The notes: generated by a model from the letters alone, not told the origin. Shown: positions 1-13,605, counted from the whole stretch's first letter. The stretch is 63,640 bases of DNA, filler included, from Phoronis australis (GCA_002633005.1; 5 parts of 5 records of this genome joined end to end with filler, not necessarily neighbours in it); one strand, 5' to 3'. Numbers and translations: made by a program.

Positions 1-556
1 ACCACTGAAATTGTCTGGCAGTGACCAATTTTGATACAATGGATGACGTAGCAGGTATTGAAGGCAGTTTTAAGTGGTTACCAGAAAAGTTGATCTAGCT
101 CAATTTTTTAGTGTAATTCTCTTGGCTCCCCTGACCACACCCACCAGAGCGAACCTGCCAGACGGCCATTTCCAAGCATCAGGATACCCATAGAGCACTG
201 TGGCACCAAAGAAAATTGGTTACCTTTTCATGCCCAAAAAAGTTCTGGGATCCCGGTCTATTTCTTGTGGCCCTTCTCTTCGATGGCAAAGTTTCAACAA
301 ACCATAAATTTTCGAGAAACAAAAAGCACGTTGAAATACTTGTGCTTACAGCGACACCTGGATTAAAATGGGTGAAATCGCATTTCCTTAGAATTTATCT
401 ACCAAAAATGGAAGAAATGGAGCAAAAACGAATTTTATTAAGTTAATTGTGATTTGACAGCTTTTCGTACATGACTTGATAAAATAAGCTGCTAAAAGTT
501 GTTCAAAGGCACTGGTGGAAAAGCTTTAACTTAATAAAATGGTCCTCATTACATTC

Positions 557-744
557 GTCTTGCTTTTTAGAGAGGTCCTAGCGTCACTGAACTCTACCCA
601 ATTAAACTGACCGAGAGAGTACATGTAGAAACAAAAGGCCGAATCGGGCCAAATGTCATAGGGGCAGAGGTCAATGTCGAATGTCATGATGTTGCAAACC
701 AGCCTCCCGCTCAGTAACGCTAGGACCTCGCTAAAAAGCAAGAC
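557..744. mobile_element. Small MITE with 34-bp terminal inverted repeats
   Basis: GTCTTGCTTTTTAGAGAGGTCCTAGCGTCACTGA at 557 pairs with TCAGTAACGCTAGGACCTCGCTAAAAAGCAAGAC ending at 744 (2 mismatches). TTC on both flanks may be a 3-bp TSD. Confidence 0.6.
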
Positions 745-1773
745 TTCGAGAGATTACGTGAGATATTGCCATGCATTTTAATGAAAAGGTGTGTGACTTT
801 GACTACTAGGTTTTAGCTAGGTCTTTGCGTAGGTCCTAGCGTCCACTGAACGCACACTAGGCTCCCGCAGTACGCAAGCAACGTCGAAAACACCAGAGTC
901 AATTCAACAAGACTGATGATGTTGGTTATAGAGATGCCCCCATTACTCATGGATGATACTGAAATAACGCAACGATGTTCATTATTCAATATGTAAATTT
1001 AACTTTGATCTGCTAGCTGAGTCACACCTGCAGTGTGTACACTGTACTGAATATCGCTAAATACCAACAGTATTTGCCATTTGCGTAGTCTATAGATACA
1101 AACAAAATTACACAATATGTGAACAAACAGACATAGCTAAATAGCACAAGAGGACACTCGAAATTCACATTTTGCGAATACGATCAATGTAATCCCCTAG
1201 TGTGAGAAGTAGACAATTCCTCTATATTAATGAAATGAAGGCATGTCCGCAGAATGTATTGGTCGACGCCAAATGATTAGGTAACACAGTAAAATCACGC
1301 TTTGTTACTAAAATTTCAAATTTTGTTCATGCCGAAATGCACAGAACAGGCCCCCACACATTGATTCTGCTGCATCAGTATTTTCCACAAGTCTGCAAGA
1401 CTGCCACACTGATAAACATCTTGCCTGGATTTTTCAACAGCTTAGTCGAACGTTTGTTTCAGCAAAATGACGTTTTTTTGAGTTTAATACGACGTTACTG
1501 AGCTTAGCCTCTAATTGCTTGTTTACGTCGTGTACGTGCGTGATTTGGACAACGTGGATCTCGCTAAACCCATGGTCTGAGCAATGATATGAATATAGGT
1601 CATTGGGTCTAAGCGTGCATGGTGCAGCACCTGTCGAGATTCGGTAAACGTGGCAGAATTGCAACAGATTGTAATAGAAAATAGGTCTTTAGTAGTGAGT
1701 TCGTGCACCGAAACTTTGTCGAATTTATTTAGACTTTGTCCACTACTTTGAAAACGGAAACGGTCTTACATGT

Positions 1774-1858
1774 ATATAACGTGCCCGAATTTTGAGAACC
1801 ATTTTTTTCCGCTGAATAACGGGCATAAACCGGTTCTCAAAATACGGGCACGTTATAT
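1774..1858. repeat. Short inverted repeat/hairpin, probably part of a MITE
   Basis: ATATAACGTGCCCGAATTTTGAGAACC ... GGTTCTCAAAATACGGGCACGTTATAT. Confidence 0.55.
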
Positions 1859-2451
1859 CAGACTATTGCCTTGGAAACTACAGTAAGTTGACCCAACACG
1901 TAAGCTTTAACACGTATATGTAGTACGTATAGTCTTTCTTGTGAATAATTATGATATTAGCTATCACTAGTGTAATCGTTTTGAATAGTCTAATTATAAT
2001 TCGAGTGCATGAATTTGTGTATAGTGAATTTTTACAAAAGCAGTGTTTAGTGATATTTTATTTAAAAGTAGTCTTAAAAATATTCGTTATTTTCTATGAC
2101 GCCGATCAAACCCGTGCCTTCAGTCCAACCAGGGTTCACCTGAAGCGTTTTTAAACACTTTAAAAAGTACTGCAGTGTACCTTGACTTACATGTATGCAG
2201 ACACACACGACACATACTATCGGTAATGGAGTGTAGTAATGTCCTAGGGTGACACTGGTGAGTGCATTATTTTACAAGGAGACGGAGCAAACCACGTTTG
2301 ATCTTCGAATAATTACACACACGTCCCCGTAATACGCAAAACGGAAGAGCTTTGTTTTTCTTTTTCAGGGCATCTGGAGGGAGGTCGCTACTCCTACATT
2401 TGTCGCTGGGTCAGTGGGGCACCTAGGGTTCCTGGCACCTGAGAGGCTTAA

Positions 2452-4137
2452 AGGAGCATGCCACACAAAAAACAACCAAATTTGAATCAATTGAGATCGA
2501 GTAGTTCTACTCCATAACGACACGTACGGTTGCGTTACCTGACACCTGACGGCAGACGGAGGTGTTGAAATTATCCAATGACTTCATCGGTTTCACACGC
2601 AGTCTGTTCAGCAGTTTAAAACACGGGTTACTGGTGCCAGCTTATCGCTTGAAGTCATCATTTAACACCAATAAATCATCAAACTGTGATGTAAAACCCT
2701 TGAAAACACACCGAGTTCTTATAAAAACGTGTTGTTTTATTTCGCTCTTACGGATTTATTGGTATTTGGACACACTGTAGCCTACAAAGTTCGGCAGGCA
2801 AATAAAGTCCGTAGCAGGAGTTTGGGGTCTATTCGGAGACAATTTCGAAGCATTTTCCGTGAGATACAGACACGAGAACCTAGATCTGTGCTGTTTAGAC
2901 TTGTGATTTTTGAGTTCTAAACACAAAACGCTTGTTATCCTGGCCAGTGGCTCGGAGCCCGATCAGGCCCGTCGCGGTCGGCCGGATTGACTCCGCCGTT
3001 ATCCCGGCCAGTGGCTCGGAAACTGATCAGACATCACAAACATAAACAAGCCAATGTTCAGTGGAAATTAAACTTCCAGTCAAAAAATACTATACTAAGG
3101 AGCCAAAGTAATGTGCACGGTGATTATGTTGGTGAATTAGCCACGAAACAGGCAAATCTACTTACTCGTCGGGGCCGCGAATTCAGTTTCCACTTTGGCC
3201 ACAGCACCGTCAGAGCTGAAGTTGTACATTGACAATCATTATTTGAGTAATGTAAATGTAAATGTAAATAAAGATTCCCTTAACACCTGGCCGTGGGACG
3301 GAAATTTAGTTGTATTACAACAGTTTCTGCCAGCAAACACTAAATTAGCATGAGCTCACACGGCCTCGGTGTCCCGTCAATTAGTTTTATTGCACCTAAA
3401 GCCGGTAACGCATAGATTTATTCTTGCTGGCTTCTCAAATCATTTGCACTCACGAACACTCCAAAGGCATTACAAATTGCATCTAATGAGACAGACTTTG
3501 TTTGAATTTTATAAAAGTATTGGTTAGGGTGAGAATAATTCAGATGAAACAGAACGCTCAGTTACGAACATGGCAACTCCCAATCACGACTTATGACGAG
3601 CAAGAGCTCAATCAGTCCCGACTTCGCAGGTGGATCGTTAAGTTTTACAGGCTGTCAATTCGAACAGGAATGCAGTGATGAAGAAATACTAGAGAGGCGC
3701 CGTGAACAAGTTCAGACAACGGAACGTACATGTATGGAGTTATTTGGTAAGCCGGCATCGTCATGCACTGTCGACGTCTGCAGGCCGCAGACACGGAGAT
3801 GTTTCACGGCCTCATACTTGCTATTTACAGCGTACATTTCATTCTTCACTACCATGAGGCCCTTCCTAAGCATTTTGGACTCTCGAGGAAGTAAAAAAAA
3901 AACCAATATACTCGCTTTCCTCGCAGCTGCTTAGTTCTGACAAGCGGGAACGATGTACCGCCAGATAGCGGCATTCACTCTGCATATGAACCGCTGACGT
4001 CGCTAGCGTCTTTTCTCACCTTCTTCACAGGTTAACGCGACACCTCTTGGCAAGGTAAGGTCGACTGTATGCGAGGCGATGTGGATATAGACCGATTAAG
4101 ACGGCAAAAAGACTAATTAAATCGGGTGGCATTCTCC
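2452..4137. mobile_element. Non-autonomous Kolobok-like DNA transposon relic
   Basis: TTAA flanks at 2448-2451 and 4138-4141. Termini AGGAGCATGCCAC / GTGGCATTCTCC. Internal decayed THAP-like words on minus (RYIVPACQN...HLRVCGL...HDDA) and a CQFEQECSDEE motif on plus. Confidence 0.55.
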
Positions 4138-4676
4138 TTAAGTTTTATGTCACTCAGAGTGGAAAACAACGGTGCCCAGGCTTGTGGAAAGGTTGAAAAG
4201 GTATTTTTAGAGAGTGGGGATCTGGAAGAATAGTGTTATTAATGCGGGTAAAGGTTTCACGTCAGCAACAAAGGACAATGACCGTGGATTACAGTATCAC
4301 CCGTTAATTTCTATTTCCATTATGAAAAACAAACAGTCGTAAATTGGATGTTAAGCAGAAATCAGACTTTCGTTAAACATAGTAAATAAGATATTGAGCA
4401 AGCATTGAACTTCCGTTTTTGTTTTGCAAATAGAAACAGGATTATTAAAAAATAATCGGATTTTCCAGTTTCGTTTTGCACATTGGAAAAGATACATTGA
4501 ACAAATTAAATTTTAGTATTTTCATTCTTTAAAGGAAAATTGAATTAACGCAATGCACCGTGATTGACATTATGATCATTGTAAAGGTGATGCGTCCTGC
4601 TTTAGAGGGATATGATAATTAATAACTTTTTGAGCCGCTTTGGAATTTAGCACCCTGCTCTTATACAGAGTGCACT

Positions 4677-4822
4677 CCGCTCTCATACAGACTGCACCCC
4701 GCCCCGCTCTCATATGACAGACTGCACCCCACCCCGCTCTCATACAGACTGCACCCCGCCCCGCTCTCATACAGACTGCACCCCGCTCTCATACAGGCTG
4801 CACCCCGCTCTCATACAGACTG
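4677..4822. repeat. Minisatellite, 22-30 bp unit (CCGCTCTCATACAGACTGCACCCCG), about 5-6 copies
   Basis: Tandem copies are directly visible. Confidence 0.85.
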
Positions 4823-6007
4823 TGTATGTTGGGCTGGCTGAGCATTTTTAATTTTGTGCTACACAAATATCACGTGTGCTACACATGATATTTGTCTGTT
4901 CCGTGTGAAAGATTGCTAGCTGTTGACCACTTGACCTTGGCCACTTGACCTTGGCCAATTTTTCATCAGTCGTTAATCATCACTTCGTGCTTACATCAGT
5001 TGTGAAAACGAGGTTAGTTTCTTCGGTCGAAATATTAAAATATAAACTGTCCGTATTCACATTGAGCTCTGTTTGTGTTTAACTTATTTTACTATTCATT
5101 TTGAAAAGTGATTTGAAAAAGTGCGGAGTTTCCGTGAAAACCTCATTACAAATGACGGTAGTTGAGTGAGTACACATACATGAAATGTATGAATCAAGTG
5201 TCACTCACTGCCGCGGTCATTTCAGTTGGGGTTGCACCACGTAAAATAAAAAATAACCTAAACTAAAAAATAATCTAAAAATTCATGTTCAACTAAGTAA
5301 CCTTTGGAAATCTTTGGAGTTGTGTTGAAAGCGTTTTATTTGGTTTAAGTTAAAGTGAACTAACTTGCCTTAAAATCCGTTCTATGAAGATTTAACTAAA
5401 CTGAGAAGGAAAGATTATCTTTAAAACTTCACTGCTTGCAGACCGGAAGTTGAAACACAACAGGAAGCTAGGCCGAATGACACTCACTTTTCTCCTAATT
5501 TATTTAATCTGGAGTACGAATACACAGTCGCTCAGTTCATACATGTAGTAACAGTATGCCCATGGTGGCCGTGGAGTGGAAATGATGATTTGAGATGTTT
5601 ACCCCTGGAGCTTCATGCCCGAAATCAGCAAAAATCTGGCGAGTGTTCATACATGTATAGGCTCAATGAGATAATGGGCACACAGTTACATTCCTTTGTA
5701 CAATGACACATCGCTTCAGCCCTGCACCTTGCATCAATCCCTCGAAACTGAGCTTAGAGTATTATTCTTTAGGAAAAGCAACGGCTTCTCGAAATTCAAT
5801 GTACATTCTGTCACGTCATAGTTTGAAGTGAGTTGGTGAGAGACGGCAGTGGATTTACCAGCGGGAATGCCAAAGCTGAACCAAACCAATATACATAACG
5901 TGGCCTACAATACCGTGCCATTTGCCCACAGATGGCACTGTAAAGGAATGTACATGTACTAGCGGACATTCACAGATTAAATGTTGGAGGGAACTCGAGA
6001 TACTTAC

Positions 6008-6102
6008 CATTGCTGGTCCAGTGTTCGGTGAATACCTATGATTTGGGATATACCAGTGTCGGATATTGGACACTGGTATCTCATCACACTCACGCAGCTC
6101 CA
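6008..6102 (-). CDS. Possible internal exon (ELRECDEIPVSNIRHWYIPNHRYSPNTGPAM), perhaps downstream part of the PAN/EGF gene
   Basis: Acceptor ATATTTCAG and donor ATG|GTAAGT. The phase-1 start fits the phase-1 end of exon 10986-11094. The next candidate exon (from 5937) hits a stop after 10 codons. Confidence 0.3.
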
Positions 6103-6186
6103 CTGAAATATGATGTGCGTTTAAGTTATATACACCAGTTAAGTTTGCGAAGGACATTGCAGTCTGTACAAAGTCATGCTGCATTC

Positions 6187-6811
6187 TAGACAGTGATCAT
6201 TGTCTCTAGCTGGCCCCAGTATGGAGCTTCATACGACGGAAGCTCTTCGTCAAACTATGCCTTACACTGACTGAAACACCAAAGCCACGTTGTTACTTTT
6301 TGGGCACAGAAGCCACCTTAAGCAGCTGTCGATGTCTTTAATTCCTTCCAACTCCAAAAAATAACCCCATATTCAAACTTGTATTCGTTTAGTCGCCAAG
6401 AATCGATAACTGGCCATTTTTAACACAGCACCCGCTCCTATTTTAACCGCCCCTATCAGGAGCACGCGCAATGTTAAAAATGGGCAGTTGCCGATTTGGG
6501 CAACGGAAGGAAGGACGGTTCAAAAATGATTATGAGAGTACTTGTTCGAGTTGTAAGAAACTACAGAAATCGAGGGCCTCCCCAGGTGTCCTTCAATTCG
6601 TAGTACTTAAACCTTATACTTTGATGTTTTAACCCGTGTGAGGCATAGTTTTTCAGTCGAAAATATTCCTGCGTAAGAAGCTCTTGTAGGAGCTTCACCG
6701 CCTGAAATGGGGGCCAGGTAGAGACAGTGGTCACTGTCTGAAATGGGGCCAGGTAGAGACGGTGGTCACTGTCTGAAATGGGGGCCAGGTAGAGACGGTG
6801 GTCACTGTCTA
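6187..6811. mobile_element. Foldback (near-palindromic) MITE with a triplicated ~36-bp right terminus (6702-6810)
   Basis: Ends TAGACAGTGA...TCACTGTCTA. Arms pair inward to TGGCCATTTTTAACA / TGTTAAAAATGGGCA. Same family as 57542-58152 and 29545-31685. Confidence 0.65.
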
Positions 6812-8099
6812 ACTACAAACACAAGTTCAAACCCAAATTTGTTGCATTAAAATCCTTATCTCAAAGGCCAACCTAGTTCAAAACCTTTATAACAAATAAA
6901 GAAATATGTAAGACGGAATAATGTTCACACCCTTTCTGTTATCAAACTAAAAGCCAAGATTAGAAAATCATCGACCATTCCCGTCTATTTCCTTGACCTG
7001 AGTTCCTGTGCATCAGTTTAGGAACGATTCCTGAATGACTGTCATATTGCCATTGAGAACGTATTGACATCACAGTGAGCATAAATGTGTTGTTGTTTTG
7101 TTTGGTTATTTTTTGATTCTCATTTTCTTTCTTTTTATACAAAGTTAAATTGGTTTATTTATTTATTGATTAAACTTTATCTTTTCTTTGCATTTAACGC
7201 ATAATCATACGTTTTTGACGGTACGTCGCATCTCCCGTAGCTAATGCTCGGCTACTGAGGAAAGCTCTGACTCACCGCGAGTGTACGCCAGAAACAGTAT
7301 CCGTTTAGGTAATAAATTAGAGGAACAAACTTTATTGATCAGCAAATGTCTTATCTTTATCACCATATAGTGAAACTGATGCAAAGTACCAACTTGAAGT
7401 GAGCAATTGCCGTGTGACTACACGGACGTGTGAACGCAGTGCGCACTTGGCAGCAAATCGGAACCTGCTTTACTAGCCGTTAAAAATGTAAAATAGAAAT
7501 AAAAATGCTTCAACAAACAAAGACAAGTTTTATCTCAAAACAATGCGCTCCACACCTCCATTTCAATAACTCACACTTGTGCTTGATTTTGCTTCCCGAA
7601 CACAAGACGGACCGAAAGGTAACCCCCCTGCAGTTGCTGTGACTCTTCCCCGGCAAAATAATCACTTGCTTAATCGGCTTTGATTTTCAGTTCTTAGGGA
7701 AAATATATTTTGAAAGGTGGCTAGAACTTACAATATACACATCTTTTGTCTAAATAAAAGAATTCCACACCGCAAAAGGAGGGAGGGCGTGCAGTGAGTT
7801 TTGGTCAATGAGGTGAATGTGAGCGAAGCTAATATATTGCAGTGTAAGGACCGTGACGCAGTATTTTTCGGCAATCTCTTTGTCACAAGAATTTCATTCA
7901 TTCAAGGCCCGGGTAGCTAATTAAAGTCTTCATCTTGCCTCGCGGAGCACAGATATCCGAGCTCGGCAAGCCAGCCGGGTAGCAACCTATACGAATGTTT
8001 CTGGCTAAGTGAGAATTATTCCTTTTACCTTAAACTCATTAATACTTATATTCTACCATTTGGCACCATGGCAAGTTATCGGCAGTCAGCCGCCCGGCC

Positions 8100-8660
8100 G
8101 TAACGGAAGTCGCGACGATTATCAAAACTGGTTAAAATTTCAGCTAGATCAACCCAAGTGGTAACCGCTTAAAACCAGTTCCAAAATATTCATTGTTAGC
8201 CCAGGTATCACCAATAAACACTGTCCGACAAATCTAGTGATGGGTTAGCTCCGCCAGGCACACCCTGAGTGGAGCTACATGTAAATCAACTTACTGCACC
8301 GTTTGAAACCAGTTGCACGCTGCTCAGCTTCACTGCGCGTGGCAAAACGGTAAGATGCCAGACAATTTCAGCGGTAAGGGGTCCGTGCTAGACGACTAAA
8401 GAGAGGGCTAAAATTAGATGTAAATCAGCCCAAGAGGTAACCCCATGAAACCAGTGGCAAACTATTCTATGTAAGCCCACGTATCATGAATAAACAATAC
8501 GAGACGAGTCTAGTGATGGATTAGCCTCGTCACACACCATCAAATAATTATACGAGTTCGGCCAGGTAACCATTTGAAACCGTTTGCATAATGTCTAGCA
8601 ACGTTCGATCTGCATGCAACAAAAGGTACTTTACAGACATTTTCAGCGGTGGAGCAGTAA
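8100..8660 (-). repeat. Degraded internally repetitive dispersed repeat (two ~280-bp diverged units), related to 1-115
   Basis: 8163-8250 resembles 8440-8527. Minus-strand ACCGCTGAAATTGTCTGGCA and GGTTACCACTTGGGTTGATCTAGCT match window positions 1-100. Confidence 0.5.
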
Positions 8661-10985
8661 CATGCAGATGTTTGGTCGATGCGGGGGCGACGTATTATTG
8701 GTCGCCCCTATCTCTGTATTCATATGCATGTATCCTATTCAGGCAAGTAGCCAGGATTGAGCGGGTTCTGGTTCGAACGATGGACCTTTGGTATTATGCA
8801 AACATCGACACTGTAGAGTTTTCGGTAAAGCCTTTGAAGCAGCTTAATTAGGGGGGAGGGAAATCTGTATAGGTAACGATGACTCTCAGCTCTATGTTCA
8901 TGGCATGAGACGGAAGTTGTAATACCAGAAACAAAGATGCTGTGACGGTTGCTCGCAAAGAACGGGAATCAAATTAGGATGTAATGTTGTCCAAAAGAGA
9001 ACATTTTCGCGTTATGTACCGTCAAAGTTTCAAATCAGCCACGCTTAAATGTGTGGTTACGCCTCATTGCATACTCAAATGCGGGGAAATATGAAGTTTA
9101 GTCGCCGAATGACCAGACAAAATTGTTTTATCTGGCTGTATTTTAGCGTAAACATCAAAATGCATTATCGGAAATGCTCACGCGTTTGAATTAAAAAACC
9201 TAGCTCGATGTTTTTCACAGCACCTGACGGAACGAGCTTGAATATCCTCATCAAGTCTGCTGTACATTTATCAACTTGGGTGATATCGTTAATTAACGCC
9301 AGACGGAACAGGTTGTCCTACTGAAAATTGGATTTCGCCCTTTGATGCTGACTTCAACTTTGGAAACTATATTTCCTACTTCAGACATTTTAATTGGAAA
9401 TGGCTTCCTGTGCCCGGATTCCATTGCCAGACCGTTTGCAAAAAATCTTTATCTATTTTGTAAACTGACGCATGAACATGTGAAATCAACAGTTACAAAT
9501 ATCATAAATCGAAGATCAACAATGGCAGCTTTTCTGTCAACATACGCACAAGTATTGGAAATACATTAAACATTACCGATGTGCGCTGCTTGATTGATTG
9601 TAGATATATTACTCTAAATACACGTGTAGTAGCAGTATCTTGTAACGGTCATCATTTATGCAGCCGATGTAGATTGATCGCTATTAAGACATATACTGCT
9701 GTCTTAGCCACCTATTATCGCCAAGGCAACAATCTATGCCAAGTGCGACAATATTTGACGACCCTAGCCACACCCATTTCATCTACCGAAGACAACATCA
9801 AGAAGGTTTGGTTTCTATCATTTTTCCATGCCTACACTGAGTCCCTCACACATTATCACGCATAATAACATGTCCACAGTCATGCCATTTGGTTTAAGAC
9901 NTATGGTATCACACTGTGTATTTTCGGTAGGGCTCGACGCTATGGAAATCGTCAGGTGACATTTTATGACAAAGCCAAAATCCCACTCGGCATTTTCGAA
10001 ATCCAGGTCACATTTAGAAATTCCATATCATATAATTTTCCGCCATTTTTTACGCCCAAAACTGATATTGCTAGTATGGACAAAATGCGTTGACTATGCT
10101 AATACCTGAGGCGTTAAGTAATCACGAATTTAGTCAGTTTGCAAAATTGAGTTCTTACATGCATGCAAGGCAGGCGTTACCGTTCTTGACTGCAGCCATT
10201 CAGTGAAAGGCTCTGGAGCGCAAGACTACTGGCCAACGTAAAAGTTGAATCAGTGCTCTCTTATCGGCACGTGTATTCAATTATCTAAGACTTCAACGTG
10301 AAGAAGGATAAAATACTCATCAAGAAAGTATCCGCAACTTTTCTATTTGCAAAAAGTAGGTTGTGATTCACAGGCGTGTCTGTAATAATATTACTTAATT
10401 TTAGAAAAGCTACAAGGGTGTGCCACAATGACACCCAGACCCCATTCCCTGTTTATGGCCAAAATACCAAGTTATTGACGCCCTTAGCTGTTGCCAACAA
10501 TTTCGAGCTTACCGTCCCCTCCTCTCCACGATTTGAATACTTGGGAGGAGGGGGGGCACACAACTCAAAATAAATCATTATGTCTCCCAACGTGTGTTCG
10601 TGCGTATTATACTTCTTATAGAGTGATGTCTAGTCAAAGATATCTGTTAATTTCTTTAATAGCATATATATTAAAGTCTTTGAAAGTATTTTTGCGGACC
10701 TCAGCAACACAACTTGGTCTTAAGGTTTCAACTAAGTGGCCAGTGTAAATAATAAAAGGTAACTTTCCACCTGAAATCGGTGCACAGCCTCGCGTGTTGC
10801 ATGAGCGGTAATTCATTTAAACAGATTACGCATTGGCACTTGAATACAAGCGGACCAAGTCTCTACTGTTACACAAGCTTCTGACACAATTGCACCGATA
10901 AAACAGCATTACGCTTCATGAATGCAACGCATTAGACTATAATCTTAAGTTATTAATTGCTTTAACAGCCCATAGGTTTCCTTAC

Positions 10986-11094
10986 CGACACAAATTCCCA
11001 TGTTGTTATCACAGTCCTTCCGGCACACGTGACTTCCTGCAGCACATGACTTCGATGTACATTCGTTGCTCGTGTCAGTATTGTATTTATTTAT
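10986..11094 (-). CDS. Coding exon 2 (Cys-rich EGF-like: INKYNTDTSNECTSKSCAAGSHVCRKDCDNNMGICV) of PAN/apple protein, copy 1
   Basis: Acceptor TTGCTGTTTCAG and donor G|GTAAGG. 109 nt, open in phase 0 after the PAN exon, 5 Cys. Confidence 0.65.
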
Positions 11095-11854
11095 CTGAAA
11101 CAGCAAACAACAAAATAATCAGTTGCTGAAGCATACCTCATTATTTTCTTTTATTTTGAGATTATGCTACCAAGGAGTTGAAAAGTTACAAGTGCACAAA
11201 CCACGAGACCATTACTATTGCATGTCAAGCTCCTCCAGGAACACGGCTCACCCACAGGTGAACATACATGTAGGTTCTCACTTGTTCACTGACTCACAAG
11301 CTCCTGCCCGTGCACAAAAAGCACTAACAAACACAACCTCAGCACCTGTAAACACGACACTAGGTCTCCTTGCTGACTATATATCCGCATGTCTGTTGGT
11401 GAATGCGAACCGCGAGACGTGGATTTCGTGAATCCGGACTGGTGTTTTTGAGTCAGCGAACCGTGCTGTTCGGAAATCCCGATTGTGTGACCGTATATTC
11501 CTTGAATTTGATAAAGCTGAATACAGCTGAAATGTATGCAATTACTGTGATCCTAATGTGGTTGAAGACACGACTATACTTTTTGTTAGTCAGCTTACTC
11601 GCTAGTAGTCTCTATACAATCTTCTATCTTCAGGTCACGTGTGCAGTTAAGCTTGAAAACAGCAAATCAAAGAAGGAACTGCTAACGAACTATATCAATT
11701 ACTCTTATCAGGTAATTAAAAGCTCAAGTCAGTGCAATACATTTATTAGATTTCCTGTGGTTAACATAAGCCGAGAGTCTACTTACATGAACTTGGTAGA
11801 CTTGTACTTAATGCACGTAGTAGACTTGTACTTACATCCGATCAGTTGACTTAC

Positions 11855-12253
11855 CAGTTGAGGTTCCAGAACAACCATTTTCTTCCCCAGTGCGTTAGAT
11901 TGGGATTGAATACGAAAAGCTTCGTTGCTTTGCGGTGACATGTTGTGCAGCGAGGCGTTGGCAAGATAGCAAAACCCAGACGCTTCTTCCCAAAAAGCAG
12001 TCACGCAAAGGTCCTCCTGCCTTCCACAAAAAGCAACGCACTCAATTTCACTCCGGACGGGAACTGCCACATAGGAATCGGATGTGAACGTGCTGGTTAG
12101 AGTCTTCAAGTTCGCGATTTGAGATCTTGCAATGTGTCGATCTGTGGGACAAACATTTACTACCTGTCCGTAAAAAGAGCTCTGCCCGGAAGCTATCGTC
12201 ATTTTGGCAAAAACTATCTCCACAATGTAGAGCGAAACTACAAACAGGCCCAT
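11855..12253 (-). CDS. Coding exon 1 of a secreted PAN/apple-domain protein, copy 1
   Basis: Signal-peptide-like MGLFVVSLYIVEIVFAKMTIASG. PAN Cys pattern ECVAFCGRQEDLCVTAFWEEASGFCYL. 133 codons ending at CTG|GTAAGT. Upstream acceptor TTACAG at 12280. Confidence 0.75.
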
Positions 12254-13496
12254 GACTGCCACATATGCATTCACGTCGGCTGTAATCCACATTAAAGAAA
12301 AACGATAGGCACGCACTAAATCAATGGGGAAAATGACTGGAATTGATTAAGCGAAGGTAGTAGAAAAATCCAACTGTTTTTAGGAAGGTGATGCCAATGT
12401 TGATGAATAAAATCAATAATCAATCATTCACAGGTTACACCACGCAAAAGTGCTGCGCACATAGAAGTTACAGATACCAGTAATAATGCTAAGAATAAAA
12501 ACACATTATTAGAAAAACTAATTCCTGGTTTGATACACTAACCCATTATCTTTCAAATAGTTTTAAGTTTGTTCGGCAGAATAATTAAAATTGAGAAACG
12601 TGATAGTCAAGTAGAATGTTAGTACATGTATGGGCAATGTCTGCGAACAAAGAAATGCATGATTTAAAAAAATGAATGCCAGCGTTCTGGTACTTGCGCA
12701 GGCCGCTGAGGTGGGCTCATTGAACTGATCAACTGGAACTATTTTTATGCTTTATGAAGATATATTTAAAGCCAATCTCCGAGACTACAGAGACCTGAGT
12801 CAAAGGTCTAGCAGTGGGAATAAAAGACACGACCTTGAGTACAGGGAGCAGGTACTATTCCCACTGGGTCACACTGTCTCCTCATAAATGAATGATTTCA
12901 AAATGAATATATTGTTCATGTGCTTACAAACGAAATGATTTTAAAATACCTTCCTGAGAAATAGAACTTGAACTATTTTGTGTACCCGAGTGACGTGCAC
13001 TGTGATCATTACACCCCACACAATACATTGCGCCATTATCGCCAAAACATTAAAAATGTGTATCTTCACAACAAAAACAAATACTTGATTTTCCATTTTG
13101 GATCAAAAAGCGTATCATACCAAAATAGATAAAGACAATTTTAAATAGTTGAATTTGATGCCTTTAAAAATTCTTGTGTTCGTTTTTATAGCTCGAACAA
13201 AAAGCGCTCAATTATTAGCTTTTTCGCTCCAGTAGAAAATTTGGGGAAGAATCGTGGAAAAGTCCGCGAAAAGCACCCTCAAGAACGGGTCTTACAACAT
13301 GAAACCAACCCATACGCACGAAGGAACAGATGAAATATCGAAAAAATGACGTTATTGCAAACCTAAGACTAGTCTCCCATAAAATATACCTATTATAATA
13401 ATNCACCGATAAAACAGCATTACGCTTCATGAATGCAACGCATTAGACTATAACCTTAAGTTATCAATTGCTTTAACAGCCCATAGGTTTCCTTAC

Positions 13497-13605
13497 CGAC
13501 ACAAATTCCCATGTTGTTATCACAGTCCTTCCGGCACACGTGACTTCCTGCAGCACATGACTTCGATGTACATTCGTTACTCGTGTCAGTATTGTATTTA
13601 TTTAA
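13497..13605 (-). CDS. Coding exon 2 (EGF-like) of PAN/apple protein, copy 2
   Basis: Same splice sites and frame as 10986-11094. Confidence 0.6.

Noticed and set aside
6702-6810. 36-bp repeats of CRISPR-repeat length
   Set aside because: No spacers. They are tandem copies of a MITE terminus.
9221-9463. C-type-lectin-like words (W..P...GNY...WKW...QTVCKK) after a good acceptor
   Set aside because: Needs a frameshift and has no supporting neighbouring exons, so the similarity is too weak.
11123-11849. Plus-strand ORFs of 102 and 148 aa, repeated at 13634-14222
   Set aside because: They lie antisense in the PAN gene intron, have no motifs, and the longer frame is disrupted by indels between the copies.
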